Of a stretch of DNA of 64,000 bases, positions 30,610 through 40,238 are shown one piece after another. The position numbers and the translations under genes were made by a program. This DNA comes from Candidatus Eiseniibacteriota bacterium (lineage in GTDB: Bacteria > Eisenbacteria > RBG-16-71-46): NCBI GenBank assembly GCA_963707915.1, contig OY970178.1, positions 3,008,001 to 3,072,000 on the forward strand, written 5' to 3'. Each line of letters begins with the position of its first letter. Position 1 is the first letter of the stretch. The notes beneath the pieces are model-generated. The model had not been told where the DNA came from. It was given only the letters and a program-made list of their open reading frames with translations, and ran no database searches.

Positions 30610-32763
30610 ATGATGACTGCCCAATCCCCGCGCATCCCGGCCGCGCCCGTGGTGGCGAACGAGACGACTGGCTACCGCCGGCCGAAGCACGCCCCCCGGA
30701 AGCTCTTCGATCCGCCGCTCGTCCGCAGGGCGCTCGTGGACGCGTTCTGGAAGCTCGACCCACGGCACATGGCGAGGAACCCGGTCATGTTCGTGGTCGA
30801 GGTCGGCAGCGTGCTCACCACGCTCCTGCTCCTGCGGGATGTGGCGACCGGCGGCCACGGCCTGCTCTTCAACTCCCAGATCACGGTGTGGCTGTGGTTC
30901 ACGGTCCTGTTCGCGAACTTCGCGGAGGCCATGGCGGAGGGACGCGGCAAGGCCCAGGCCGATGCGCTGCGCCGCACGAAGACGGAGACCGTGGCGCGGC
31001 GCCTTCCCGGAGGCCGCGCGGAGGAGACCCGCGAGGAGCGCGTCCCGGCCACCCAGTTGCGCAAGGGCGACCTCGTGGTGTGCGAGACGGGGGACTTCAT
31101 CCCCGGCGACGGGGACGTGATCCAGGGCATCGCCTCGGTCGACGAGTCGGCCATCACGGGCGAGAGCGCGCCGGTCATCCGCGAGGGCGGCGACCGGAGC
31201 GCCGTCACGGGGGGCACCCGCGTGCTCTCCGACCGCATCGTGGTGCGCATCACCGCCAACCCCGGGGAAGCGTTCCTCGACCGGATGATCTCCCTGGTCG
31301 AGGGTGCGAAGCGGCAGAAGACCCCCAACGAGATCGCGCTCACGATCCTGCTGGCCGGGACCACGATCATCTTCCTGCTGGCCGTCGCGGCGCTCGTGCC
31401 CCTGGCGGCCTTCAGCGTGCGCGCGGCCGGGGCTGGCTCGCTGCCGTCCATCTTCCTGCTCTTCGCACTGCTCGTGTGCCTCATCCCCACGACGATCGGC
31501 GGGTTGCTGTCGGCCATCGGCATCGCCGGGATGGACCGGGTCATGCAGCACAACGTCCTGGCCATGTCGGGCAAGGCGGTCGAGGCGGCCGGCGACGTGA
31601 ACACCCTGCTCCTCGACAAGACCGGCACCATCACGCTGGGCAACCGCCAGGCGGTGGAGTTCGTCCCGCTCCCCGGCGTCGGGATCAACGAACTCGCGGA
31701 TGCCGCCCAGTTGTCGTCGCTGGCCGATGAGACGCCGGAGGGACGCAGCATCGTGGTCCTCGCCAAGGAGAAGTACGGCCTGCGGGGACGGGAACTCCAC
31801 GACCAGGACGCGCGGTTCATCCCCTTCACGGCCCAGACCCGGATGAGCGGCGTCGACCTGGGCGGGAGCCAGATCCGCAAGGGGGCGGCGGAATCCGTCA
31901 AGCAACACGTCGCCCGGCAGGGCGGGCACCTCCCGCCGGACCTCGACGAGATCGTCACGCGTATCTCCCGGGTGGGGGGCACGCCGCTCGTGGTCGCGGT
32001 CGGCGAGCGGGCGCTCGGCGTCGTCCACCTGAAGGACATCGTCAAGGGCGGGATGCGGCACCGCTTCGAGCAGCTGCGTGCCATGGGCATCCGGACCGTG
32101 ATGATCACCGGCGACAACCCGCTCACGGCCGCGGCCATCGCGGCCGAGGCGGGGGTGGACGACTTCCTGGCACAGGCGACGCCAGAGGCCAAGATGTCCC
32201 TGATCCGCAAGGAGCAACAGGGCGGGAACCTGGTCGCGATGACCGGCGACGGGACGAACGACGCGCCGGCCCTGGCCCTCGCGGACGTCGGCGTGGCGAT
32301 GAACTCCGGGACCCAGGCCGCCAAGGAAGCGGGCAACATGGTGGATCTCGACAGCAACCCCACGAAGCTCATCGAGGTGGTCGAGATCGGCAAGCAACTG
32401 CTCATGACCCGCGGATCGCTGACCACGTTCAGCGTCGCCAACGACATCTCGAAGTACTTCTGCATCATCCCGGCGATGTTCGCGGTGACCTACCCGATGC
32501 TCGGTGCCGTCAACTTCCTGCGCTACGGGCCCTACGCCGCGATGACCAATCCGCAGTCGGCGGTGCTCGCGGCGGTGATCTTCAACGCGCTCATCATCGT
32601 CGCGCTGATCCCGCTGGCGCTGCGGGGCGTGGGTTACAGGCCGAGCGGTGCGTCCGCCGTGCTGCGGCGCAACCTGCTGATCTACGGGGTGGGCGGCGTC
32701 CTCGTGCCCTTCCCCGCGATCTGGATCATCGACCGGCTGCTGCTCGTGCTGCGGCTGGCGTGA
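30610..32763 (+). CDS. kdpB: K+-transporting ATPase subunit B, copy 2
   Basis: [33 protein letters not shown]; in the canonical position between kdpA and kdpC. Confidence 0.95.
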   Translation: MMTAQSPRIPAAPVVANETTGYRRPKHAPRKLFDPPLVRRALVDAFWKLDPRHMARNPVMFVVEVGSVLTTLLLLRDVATGGHGLLFNSQITVWLWFTVLFANFAEAMAEGRGKAQADALRRTKTETVARRLPGGRAEETREERVPATQLRKGDLVVCETGDFIPGDGDVIQGIASVDESAITGESAPVIREGGDRSAVTGGTRVLSDRIVVRITANPGEAFLDRMISLVEGAKRQKTPNEIALTILLAGTTIIFLLAVAALVPLAAFSVRAAGAGSLPSIFLLFALLVCLIPTTIGGLLSAIGIAGMDRVMQHNVLAMSGKAVEAAGDVNTLLLDKTGTITLGNRQAVEFVPLPGVGINELADAAQLSSLADETPEGRSIVVLAKEKYGLRGRELHDQDARFIPFTAQTRMSGVDLGGSQIRKGAAESVKQHVARQGGHLPPDLDEIVTRISRVGGTPLVVAVGERALGVVHLKDIVKGGMRHRFEQLRAMGIRTVMITGDNPLTAAAIAAEAGVDDFLAQATPEAKMSLIRKEQQGGNLVAMTGDGTNDAPALALADVGVAMNSGTQAAKEAGNMVDLDSNPTKLIEVVEIGKQLLMTRGSLTTFSVANDISKYFCIIPAMFAVTYPMLGAVNFLRYGPYAAMTNPQSAVLAAVIFNALIIVALIPLALRGVGYRPSGASAVLRRNLLIYGVGGVLVPFPAIWIIDRLLLVLRLA

Positions 32764-32832
32764 CCGAACCTGGGATGGCCGCCGGAGGTCCCCGGACCGG
32801 GACGTCGGCGGCCGCATGAAGGAGAACGAACG

Positions 32833-33462
32833 ATGCTGCGACAACTGAGGCCCGCCCTGGTGAGCGTGGTGACGCTGATGGTGCTGTGCGGGCTCGTCTT
32901 CCCGCTCGCGGTCACCGGCATCGCGCAGTTGGTCTTCCATCACCAGGCGAACGGCAGCCTGATCGTGCGCGACGGCCGGATCGTCGGGTCGCGCCTCATC
33001 GGCCAGGGATTCGGCGGTCCGGGGTACTTCCATCCCCGGCCCTCGGCCGCCGGGGGCGGCTACGACGCCACCACGTCGGCGGGCACCAACCTCGGACCGA
33101 CCTCGGACAAGCTGATCAACGGCATCCACAAGAAGTTGCCGAACGGACAGGACGATCCCGGCAACTTCGACGGCATCCGCGACCTGGCGGCGGCCTACCG
33201 GCAGGAGAACGGGCTGGCCGCCGCCACGCCGCTGCCGGCGGACGCGGTGACCCGCTCGGGGAGCGGGCTCGATCCCGACATCAGCCCGGCGAACGCGGCG
33301 CTGCAGGTGGCGCGCGTGGCGCAGACGCGCGGGCTGCCGGTGGACGCGGTCCGGCGCCTGGTGCTGGCACACACGGAGGGGCGAACGCTCGGCCTGCTGG
33401 GCGAGCCGCGCGTGAACGTGCTCGAGCTGAACCTGGCGCTCGATGCCACGAGGACGCAATGA
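32833..33462 (+). CDS. kdpC: K+-transporting ATPase subunit C
   Basis: QANGSLI, GSRLIGQ, YFHPRPSA, SGSGLDPDIS, GEPRVNVLELNLAL. Confidence 0.95.
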   Translation: MLRQLRPALVSVVTLMVLCGLVFPLAVTGIAQLVFHHQANGSLIVRDGRIVGSRLIGQGFGGPGYFHPRPSAAGGGYDATTSAGTNLGPTSDKLINGIHKKLPNGQDDPGNFDGIRDLAAAYRQENGLAAATPLPADAVTRSGSGLDPDISPANAALQVARVAQTRGLPVDAVRRLVLAHTEGRTLGLLGEPRVNVLELNLALDATRTQ

Positions 33463-34247
33463 AGCCGGTGCGGCAGGCGGGAGCGCCGGCGCTCGTCATT
33501 GGAGCCGTGCTCGCGCTGGGACTCGGACTGCCGCGGGGAGTTCTCGGCACACCCTCGACCACGTTCTGGGCGCCCTCGACGCCCTCCGTCCAGCCCTACG
33601 GCCTGTTGCACCTGACCTATGACACCTACTTCCAGAGCGGAGCCGAGTACCCCGTCGATATCGGACTCGAGATCGGGGCGCTGCGCTCGAAGAAGCTGCA
33701 GCTCGAGACCGGCTTCGACCTGCTCTATCCGACGATCTCGAGTGACGGCCCGCTCGCCCTTCCGATTCTGCTCAATGCCAAGGTCGGCTCCCCGGAGGAT
33801 GCCTGGTTCAAGGGTTCCCCGGCATGGTCGGCGGGGATCTTCGGCGTCGGATTCCACCCGGATGTCACGAACTACGACGTCCTCCACCTGATGCTGGGCA
33901 AGACCGTCCCGCGGGCCGGGGAGCTGTCGCTGGGAGCCTACTACGGGCTCACGAAGGACCTCTTACGGTCCTCCGATGGCCGGGAGAGCCGCGGGGGTCT
34001 GATGGCCGGCTGGACCTCGCCATCGCTGCACGTCGCGGCCATCGACCACCTCCAACTGGCCTGGGACGTCCAGACCGGCAGGAACGTGCTGGGTGCGACC
34101 GGGGGTGGAGCCTATCTGTACCTCACCCCTGCCATCGACCTGCTCGTCGGACCGGTGTACTTCTTCGATGAGCGCCTGCAACCCGGCGCCTCGCGCTGGA
34201 TGTGGTCGGTCCAGTTCGATGCGGACGTGAACCTGCTCACCCGCTGA
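33459..34247 (+). CDS. Exported hypothetical protein, putative outer-membrane beta-barrel, in the kdp operon
   Basis: ATGA overlap with kdpC; signal peptide; Gly/aromatic-rich amphipathic beta segments ending WSVQFDADVNL. Confidence 0.65.
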   Translation: MKPVRQAGAPALVIGAVLALGLGLPRGVLGTPSTTFWAPSTPSVQPYGLLHLTYDTYFQSGAEYPVDIGLEIGALRSKKLQLETGFDLLYPTISSDGPLALPILLNAKVGSPEDAWFKGSPAWSAGIFGVGFHPDVTNYDVLHLMLGKTVPRAGELSLGAYYGLTKDLLRSSDGRESRGGLMAGWTSPSLHVAAIDHLQLAWDVQTGRNVLGATGGGAYLYLTPAIDLLVGPVYFFDERLQPGASRWMWSVQFDADVNLLTR

Positions 34248-34315
34248 CGCCAGGCGAGTGTGCTACGCTGCCGCCCGGTCGTGGGCGCGCCATGGCCCGA
34301 CCGTCGCGAGGGCCG

Positions 34316-37048
34316 ATGAACGACCAGCGTCCGGATCCCGATGAGCTCCTGCGCCGCATCCGCGAGCAGGAGGAGCGCGAGCACCGGGCCAAGCTGAAGA
34401 TCTTCTTCGGCGCCTCGGCCGGCGTCGGCAAGACCTACGCGATGCTGGTCGAGGCGCACGAGCGCCGCCGGTCCGGCGTGGACGTCGTGGCGGGCGTGGT
34501 CGAGACCCACGGTCGCTCCGAGACGGCTGCGCTGCTCGAGGGACTGGAGCCCCTGCCCCTGCGCCCGGTCGAGTACCGGGGCGCGACGCTGCGTGAGTTC
34601 GACCTCGATGCGGCGCTGGTGCGGCGCCCTGGCCTGCTGCTGCTGGACGAGTTGGCCCACACCAACGCTCCGGGCTCGCGGCACGCCAAGCGCTGGCTGG
34701 ACGTCGAGGAGTTGCTGGCCGAGGGCATCGACGTCTACACCACGCTCAACGTCCAGCACGTCGAGAGCATGTACGACGTGGTCGCGCAGATCACCGGCGT
34801 TGCGGTCCGCGAGAACGTGCCCGACTCGATCCTCGAGCGCGCCGACGAGATCGAACTCGTGGATCTGCCGCCGGACGACCTGCTCCAGCGACTGCGCGAG
34901 GGCAAGGTCTACATCCCCGAACAGGCCGCGCGCGCGGCCGAGCACTTCTTCAAGAAGGGGAACCTGATCGCGCTGCGCGAGCTGGCCTTGCGCGTGACCG
35001 CCCACCGCGTGGACCAGCAGATGGAGTCCTACCGTCGCGAGCACGCCATCCGGGACACCTGGGCCGTGGGTGGGCGCATCCTCGTGGGCCTGGGTGAGCC
35101 CAAGGCCGGCCTGCGCCTGATCCGCTCGGCGAGCCGGATGGCGGCCCGGTTGCAGGCCGAATGGCTGGTCGTGCACGTCGAGACCCCGGGGGAGTTCGCT
35201 CCCACGGGCGCTTCGCGCGACCACGTCGTGGACCTGATGGGCTATGCGGAGGAACTGGGTGCGGAGACCGCGATGCTCACCGGCACGCGCATCGCCGACC
35301 AGATGCTGGCCTACGCGCGGGAGCGGAACGTCTCGCGCATCATCGTGGGGCGGCCCACGCGCTTGCGCTGGCTCCGGTTGCTGCGCGGCTCGCTGGTGGA
35401 CGCGCTGCTCGCCAGCAGCGGCGAGATCGACGTCTTCGTGATGAGCGGCGAGAGCGAGGGGGACGAGCGGCCACCGGGTCCCGACCCCCCGCGCCGGCCT
35501 TCGCTGCGCGCTTCAAGCTACGCGCAGAGCCTGCTGACTGTCGCGCTGTGCACCGGGGTCGCGTGGGTCGTGCACCTGCGGCTCGACCCCACGAACCTCA
35601 CGATGATCTACCTGCTGGGCATCATGGCGGTGGCGATGCGCCTGGGTCGGGGGCCGGCGGTCATGGCCTCGGTCCTGAGCGTGGCCGCCTTCGACTTCTT
35701 CTTCGTGCCGCCCCGGATGGCGTTCCGGGTCTCGGACACGCAGTACCTGCTGACCTTCGTGGGGATGCTGCTGGTGGGGCTGGTCATCAGCACCATGGCC
35801 TCGCAGCTGCGCCAGCAGACCGCCGCCGCCCGGGAACGGGAGCACCGGACCGCGGCGCTCTACATGCTCAGCCGCGAGCTGTCGAGCCTGCGGGCGACGG
35901 ACGAACTCCTGCGGGCGGCGTTGCGGCGGGTGACCGACGTGCTCGGGGGCCGCGGGGTGATCCTGCTGCCCGACGCTGCGGGCGGGCTCTCGGTCGCCGC
36001 CGGTGAGGCCTCCGTGCTGGGCGAGGCGGGGCACGACCAGGGCGTGGCCCGGTGGGTCTTCGACCACGGGCAGCCCGCGGGGGCCGGCACGCCGACGCTG
36101 CCCGCGGCGGGCGCGTTGTTCCTGCCGCTGCTCGGGGCGAGCCAGGCGGTCGGTGTGCTCGGCATCGTGCCCGACGACCCGGGACGCGTGCCGACCCGCG
36201 ACCGCCTCCGGTTGGCCGAGACCTTCGCTTCGCAGGTGGCGCTCAGCCTCGAGCGGGCGCAGCTGGCCGAGCAGGCCGAGCGCACCCATGTGCTGGTCGA
36301 GTCCGAGCGCACGCGCAGCCTGCTGCTGAGCAGCGTCTCGCACGATCTGCGCACGCCGCTCTCGGTCATCACCGGCGCCACCAGCAGCCTGCTGGCCGAC
36401 GGCGCGCCGTTGCCCGCGCCGTTGCGCAAGGAGCTGGTGGAGACCATCGCCGATGAGGCGCAGCGGCTGAACCGGCTGGTCGGCAACCTGCTCGACATGA
36501 CGCGGCTCGAGTCGGGCGCGATGCCGGTGCGGCGGGAGTGGCACTCGTTCGAGGAGGTCGTGGGCGCCGCGCTGGCACGGCTCGAGTCGCGCCTGCAGGG
36601 CCGCGAGGTGACCGTGCGGCTGGCCCCCGGCCTGCCACTGGTCCTGATCGACGACGTGCTGATCGAGCAGGTGCTCTTCAACCTCGTCGACAACGCGCTC
36701 AAGTACACTCCGGCCGGCGGGCCGATCGGGATCGTCGCGGCGCTCAACGATGGCGTGCTGCGCATCGAGGTGGCCGACCGCGGTCCGGGCCTGCCGCCGG
36801 GGCGGGAGGAGAGCGTGTTCGAGAAGTTCTACCGTGGCCGCCGCGAAGGCGACCCGAGCGGCGTGGGCCTGGGCCTCAGCATCTGCCGGGGCATCGTCGA
36901 ATCGCACGGCGGCGCGATCGCGGGGGAGAACCGGGAGGGCGGCGGGGCGGTGTTCCGGGTGCTGCTGCCGCAGCGGGAGCGACCGCCGGCGGTGGCGCCC
37001 GAGGAGGAGCCGGGGGCGGGCGCCGCCACGGCGGGGGAGCCGTCGTGA
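34316..37048 (+). CDS. kdpD: Sensor histidine kinase KdpD
   Basis: RPDPDELL, GVGKTYAML, DELAHTN, Usp domain, 4 TM (DUF4118), GAF, SHDLRTPL, NALKY, GLGLSIC. Confidence 0.95.
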   Translation: MNDQRPDPDELLRRIREQEEREHRAKLKIFFGASAGVGKTYAMLVEAHERRRSGVDVVAGVVETHGRSETAALLEGLEPLPLRPVEYRGATLREFDLDAALVRRPGLLLLDELAHTNAPGSRHAKRWLDVEELLAEGIDVYTTLNVQHVESMYDVVAQITGVAVRENVPDSILERADEIELVDLPPDDLLQRLREGKVYIPEQAARAAEHFFKKGNLIALRELALRVTAHRVDQQMESYRREHAIRDTWAVGGRILVGLGEPKAGLRLIRSASRMAARLQAEWLVVHVETPGEFAPTGASRDHVVDLMGYAEELGAETAMLTGTRIADQMLAYARERNVSRIIVGRPTRLRWLRLLRGSLVDALLASSGEIDVFVMSGESEGDERPPGPDPPRRPSLRASSYAQSLLTVALCTGVAWVVHLRLDPTNLTMIYLLGIMAVAMRLGRGPAVMASVLSVAAFDFFFVPPRMAFRVSDTQYLLTFVGMLLVGLVISTMASQLRQQTAAAREREHRTAALYMLSRELSSLRATDELLRAALRRVTDVLGGRGVILLPDAAGGLSVAAGEASVLGEAGHDQGVARWVFDHGQPAGAGTPTLPAAGALFLPLLGASQAVGVLGIVPDDPGRVPTRDRLRLAETFASQVALSLERAQLAEQAERTHVLVESERTRSLLLSSVSHDLRTPLSVITGATSSLLADGAPLPAPLRKELVETIADEAQRLNRLVGNLLDMTRLESGAMPVRREWHSFEEVVGAALARLESRLQGREVTVRLAPGLPLVLIDDVLIEQVLFNLVDNALKYTPAGGPIGIVAALNDGVLRIEVADRGPGLPPGREESVFEKFYRGRREGDPSGVGLGLSICRGIVESHGGAIAGENREGGGAVFRVLLPQRERPPAVAPEEEPGAGAATAGEPS

Positions 37049-37761
37049 CCGATCCCGGACCGCAGGAGGGGCTGGCCCCGCTGGTCCTGGTCGTCGAGGA
37101 CGAGGTGTCGATGGTGCGTCTGCTCAAGGCGGCGCTTGGCAGCCAGGGCTTCCGCGTGGTCGAGGCGGCGAGCGGCCAGGAGGCGCTGCGCCAGGCGGCC
37201 ACGCGCTCCCCGGACCTGGTCGTGCTCGACCTCGGCCTGCCCGACCTGGACGGGCTCGAAGTCACGCGCCGGTTGCGCGAGTGGTCGCCGGTGCCCATCA
37301 TCGTGGTCTCCGCCCGGGGACAGGAGGGCGACAAGATCAAGGCGCTCGACGCCGGCGCGGACGACTACGTCACCAAGCCCTTCGCGGTCGGCGAGTTGCT
37401 GGCACGCATGAGGGTCGCGTTGCGCCACGCGGCGCAGACCGCCCAGGAATCCGGCGACTCGGTCGTGACGGTGGAGGGTCTGCGCGTGGATCGGTCGCGC
37501 CGGCAGGTCTTCGTGGACGAGACCGAGGTCCGCCTGACGCCGATCGAATACCGGCTGCTCTCCGCACTTGCCCAGTACCCGGGCCGCGTGCTGACCCATG
37601 AGCACCTGCTGCGCCAGGTCTGGGGGCCGGGCTATACGCACCAGCACCACTACCTGCGGGTGTACATGGCCCAGCTCCGGCACAAGCTCGAGCGGGACCC
37701 GTCGCGGCCCCGCTACCTGCTCACGGAGCCCGGGGTCGGCTACCGCCTGCGCGACTCCTGA
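37045..37761 (+). CDS. kdpE: Response regulator KdpE (OmpR family)
   Basis: VVEDE, LDLGLPDLDG, GADDYVTKPF, YLRVYMAQLRHKLE, TEPGVGYR; GTGA overlap with kdpD. Confidence 0.93.
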   Translation: MTDPGPQEGLAPLVLVVEDEVSMVRLLKAALGSQGFRVVEAASGQEALRQAATRSPDLVVLDLGLPDLDGLEVTRRLREWSPVPIIVVSARGQEGDKIKALDAGADDYVTKPFAVGELLARMRVALRHAAQTAQESGDSVVTVEGLRVDRSRRQVFVDETEVRLTPIEYRLLSALAQYPGRVLTHEHLLRQVWGPGYTHQHHYLRVYMAQLRHKLERDPSRPRYLLTEPGVGYRLRDS

Positions 37762-37940
37762 CCGGCCGCGGTCCTGAAGAGGGTGGCATCGCCGCCGTCC
37801 CGGGGTTAGGATGCCTTCGCCTTCCCGCGTCCCCGGCCTCGATGTCTTCGCGGGCGCGAACGGACCGAAACCAGCGCTGCCGTCGCCCCTCCGGCCCCGG
37901 TGCGCACGATGGATGAGCTTGCTTCACAGGGAGGAACCCG

Positions 37941-40040
37941 ATGAGCGATCTTTCCTACGGACGGGACCGGCTCGGTGACGCGGAAGCGGCCGCGCGCCTG
38001 GAGTGGCTGGTGACCAACGGCATCGGAGGCTTCGCCTCGGGGACCGTGAGCGGAGCGTTGACGCGGCGCTACCACGGCCTGCTCGTCGCCTCGCTCAAGC
38101 CGCCGGTGGGCCGCACCCTGCTGCTCGCCAAGCTGGCCGAGAGCCTCGATGTCGGCGGGGCGTGGGTGGACCTCGACGAGAACCGCTGGGCGAGCGGGAC
38201 GGCCTCGTCCTCCGGCCACCTGCACCTCGAGTCCTTCCGCCTCGACGAGACCGTGCCGGTGTGGACCTGGGCCATCGGCGACACGCGCCTCGAGAAGCGC
38301 GTGTGGATGGAGCACGGCGAGAACACCACCTTCATCGAGTACCGGCTGGCCGCGGCCAGCGCCCCGGCGCGGCTCTACCTGCGCGCGCTGGTCAACCACC
38401 GCGACGCCCACGAGACCACCACGAACGGCACCTGGACCGCGCGCGTCGAGCCCGCCGCCGACGGCGTCTGCGTCGAGGCCTGGGACGGCGCCACGCCGCT
38501 GTGGCTGTTCGCGCCCGGGGCCGAGGTCCGGCCGGTGAACGACTGGTACCGCGGCTTCCACCTCGCGCTCGAGGCCGAGCGCGGGCTCGACTGCGTGGAG
38601 GACCACCTCTGTGCCGCCGAGATCATCGCCACGCTGAAGCCGGGCGAGGCCGTCGTGGTCACGGCCAGCACGCGGCGCAGCGCCGGCCGCGACGCCGGCA
38701 CCCCGCTGGCGCGCGCCTTCTCGCTGCAGCGCCGGCGCGCCCGCGAGAAGAGCCTGCTCGATTCCTGGCGGAAGGCGCAGCCCAAGGCCTCGCGCAACGC
38801 GCCCGACTGGGTGCGGCGGCTGGTGCTGGCCGCCGACCAGTTCGTGGTCGAGCGCGCCATCCCGGGCGAGCCGCAGGGCCGCAGCATCATCGCCGGCTAC
38901 CCGTGGTTCAGCGACTGGGGGCGCGACACCATGATCGCGCTGCCCGGCCTGGCGCTGGCGACCGGGCGGCCGGAGCTGGCGCGCACCATCCTCGCGACCT
39001 TCGCGCGCTTCGTCGACCAGGGGATGCTGCCCAACTACTTCCCCGACCAGGGCGAGCCGCCCACCTACAACACGGTGGACGCGACGCTGTGGTTCTTCCA
39101 GGCCGTGCGCGCCTACGTCGAGACCACCAGCGACCTCAAGTTCCTGGCCGAGGTCTACCCGACGCTCGAGGACATCGGCGCCTGGTACGAGCGCGGCACG
39201 CGCTACGGCATCCGGATGGACCCGGCGGACAGCCTGGTCGCCGCGGGCGACGAGGGCGTGCAGCTCACCTGGATGGACGCCAAGGTCGACGACTGGGTCG
39301 TCACGCCGCGCCGCGGCAAGCCGGTCGAGATCAACGCGCTCTGGTACAACGCGCTCGCCGCGATGGTGACGTTCGCGAACCGGCTCAAGGTGCCGGCCGA
39401 GGCGCACGAGAAGCGCATGCGCGAGATCGAGATGTCGTTCCAGCGCTTCTGGAACCCCGCGACCGGCTGTCTCTTCGACGTGCTCGACGGGCCGGAGGGG
39501 AACGACCCGGCGATCCGCCCCAACCAGCTGCTCGCGGTCTCGCTGCCGGCCAGCCCGCTCACGCACGAGCAGCAGCGCGCGGTGCTCGAGACCTGCGGGT
39601 CCCAGCTGCTGACCTCGCACGGGCTGCGCAGCCTGTCGTCGGCCGATTCCCGCTACCGCGGCGTCTACTCCGGGGACCGGCGCCGGCGGGACGGGGCCTA
39701 CCACCAGGGCACGGTGTGGACCTGGCTGCTGCCCCACTTCGCGCTGGCGCACGCCCGCGTGAACGGGCGGCGGGAGGAGGCGCTCGCGTTCCTCGCGCCG
39801 CTGGGCGAGCTGATGGGCGCCTTCGGCGTGGGCTCGCTGCCCGAGATCGCCGACGGCGCCGCGCCCTTCACCCCGCGCGGCTGCATCGCGCAGGCCTGGT
39901 CGGTGGGGGAGACGCTGCGCGCCTGGCACACGCTCGCGACCGCCCGTCCCGTGACGGCGAAATCCTCGCGGACCCCGGCCCGCGCGAAGTCGCGCACCCG
40001 GACGGCGTCGCGTCCCAGGACGCTGGCGCGGGCGAGATAG
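37941..40040 (+). CDS. Amylo-alpha-1,6-glucosidase / glycogen debranching enzyme (GDE_N + GDE_C)
   Basis: EWLVTNGIGGFASGT, IIAGYPWFSDWGRDT, TWMDAKV, RPNQL, YHQGTVW, GCIAQAWSVGE. Confidence 0.9.
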   Translation: MSDLSYGRDRLGDAEAAARLEWLVTNGIGGFASGTVSGALTRRYHGLLVASLKPPVGRTLLLAKLAESLDVGGAWVDLDENRWASGTASSSGHLHLESFRLDETVPVWTWAIGDTRLEKRVWMEHGENTTFIEYRLAAASAPARLYLRALVNHRDAHETTTNGTWTARVEPAADGVCVEAWDGATPLWLFAPGAEVRPVNDWYRGFHLALEAERGLDCVEDHLCAAEIIATLKPGEAVVVTASTRRSAGRDAGTPLARAFSLQRRRAREKSLLDSWRKAQPKASRNAPDWVRRLVLAADQFVVERAIPGEPQGRSIIAGYPWFSDWGRDTMIALPGLALATGRPELARTILATFARFVDQGMLPNYFPDQGEPPTYNTVDATLWFFQAVRAYVETTSDLKFLAEVYPTLEDIGAWYERGTRYGIRMDPADSLVAAGDEGVQLTWMDAKVDDWVVTPRRGKPVEINALWYNALAAMVTFANRLKVPAEAHEKRMREIEMSFQRFWNPATGCLFDVLDGPEGNDPAIRPNQLLAVSLPASPLTHEQQRAVLETCGSQLLTSHGLRSLSSADSRYRGVYSGDRRRRDGAYHQGTVWTWLLPHFALAHARVNGRREEALAFLAPLGELMGAFGVGSLPEIADGAAPFTPRGCIAQAWSVGETLRAWHTLATARPVTAKSSRTPARAKSRTRTASRPRTLARAR

Positions 40041-40238
40041 CGGGATCGGAACGGACGGTCGGGCACGGCGGGCCGGTCGGGCACCGCGGCGGCGAAGCCG
40101 ACGAGGTCAGGGCCGGCCCGCATCGACCGCCGGCCGGCCGCACCGGGGTTGTCGGTTGCCGCGGTGCGTGATAGTGGTCCGTGACGTGTCTGGATCCGTT
40201 CGTCTCCGTCGCGCCGTGTCACCCATCCGGGTCTCGCG

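Noticed and set aside
26379..32763. kdpB duplication as an assembly artefact
   Set aside because: The copies differ extensively in amino-acid and nucleotide sequence, including indels, so they are real paralogs.
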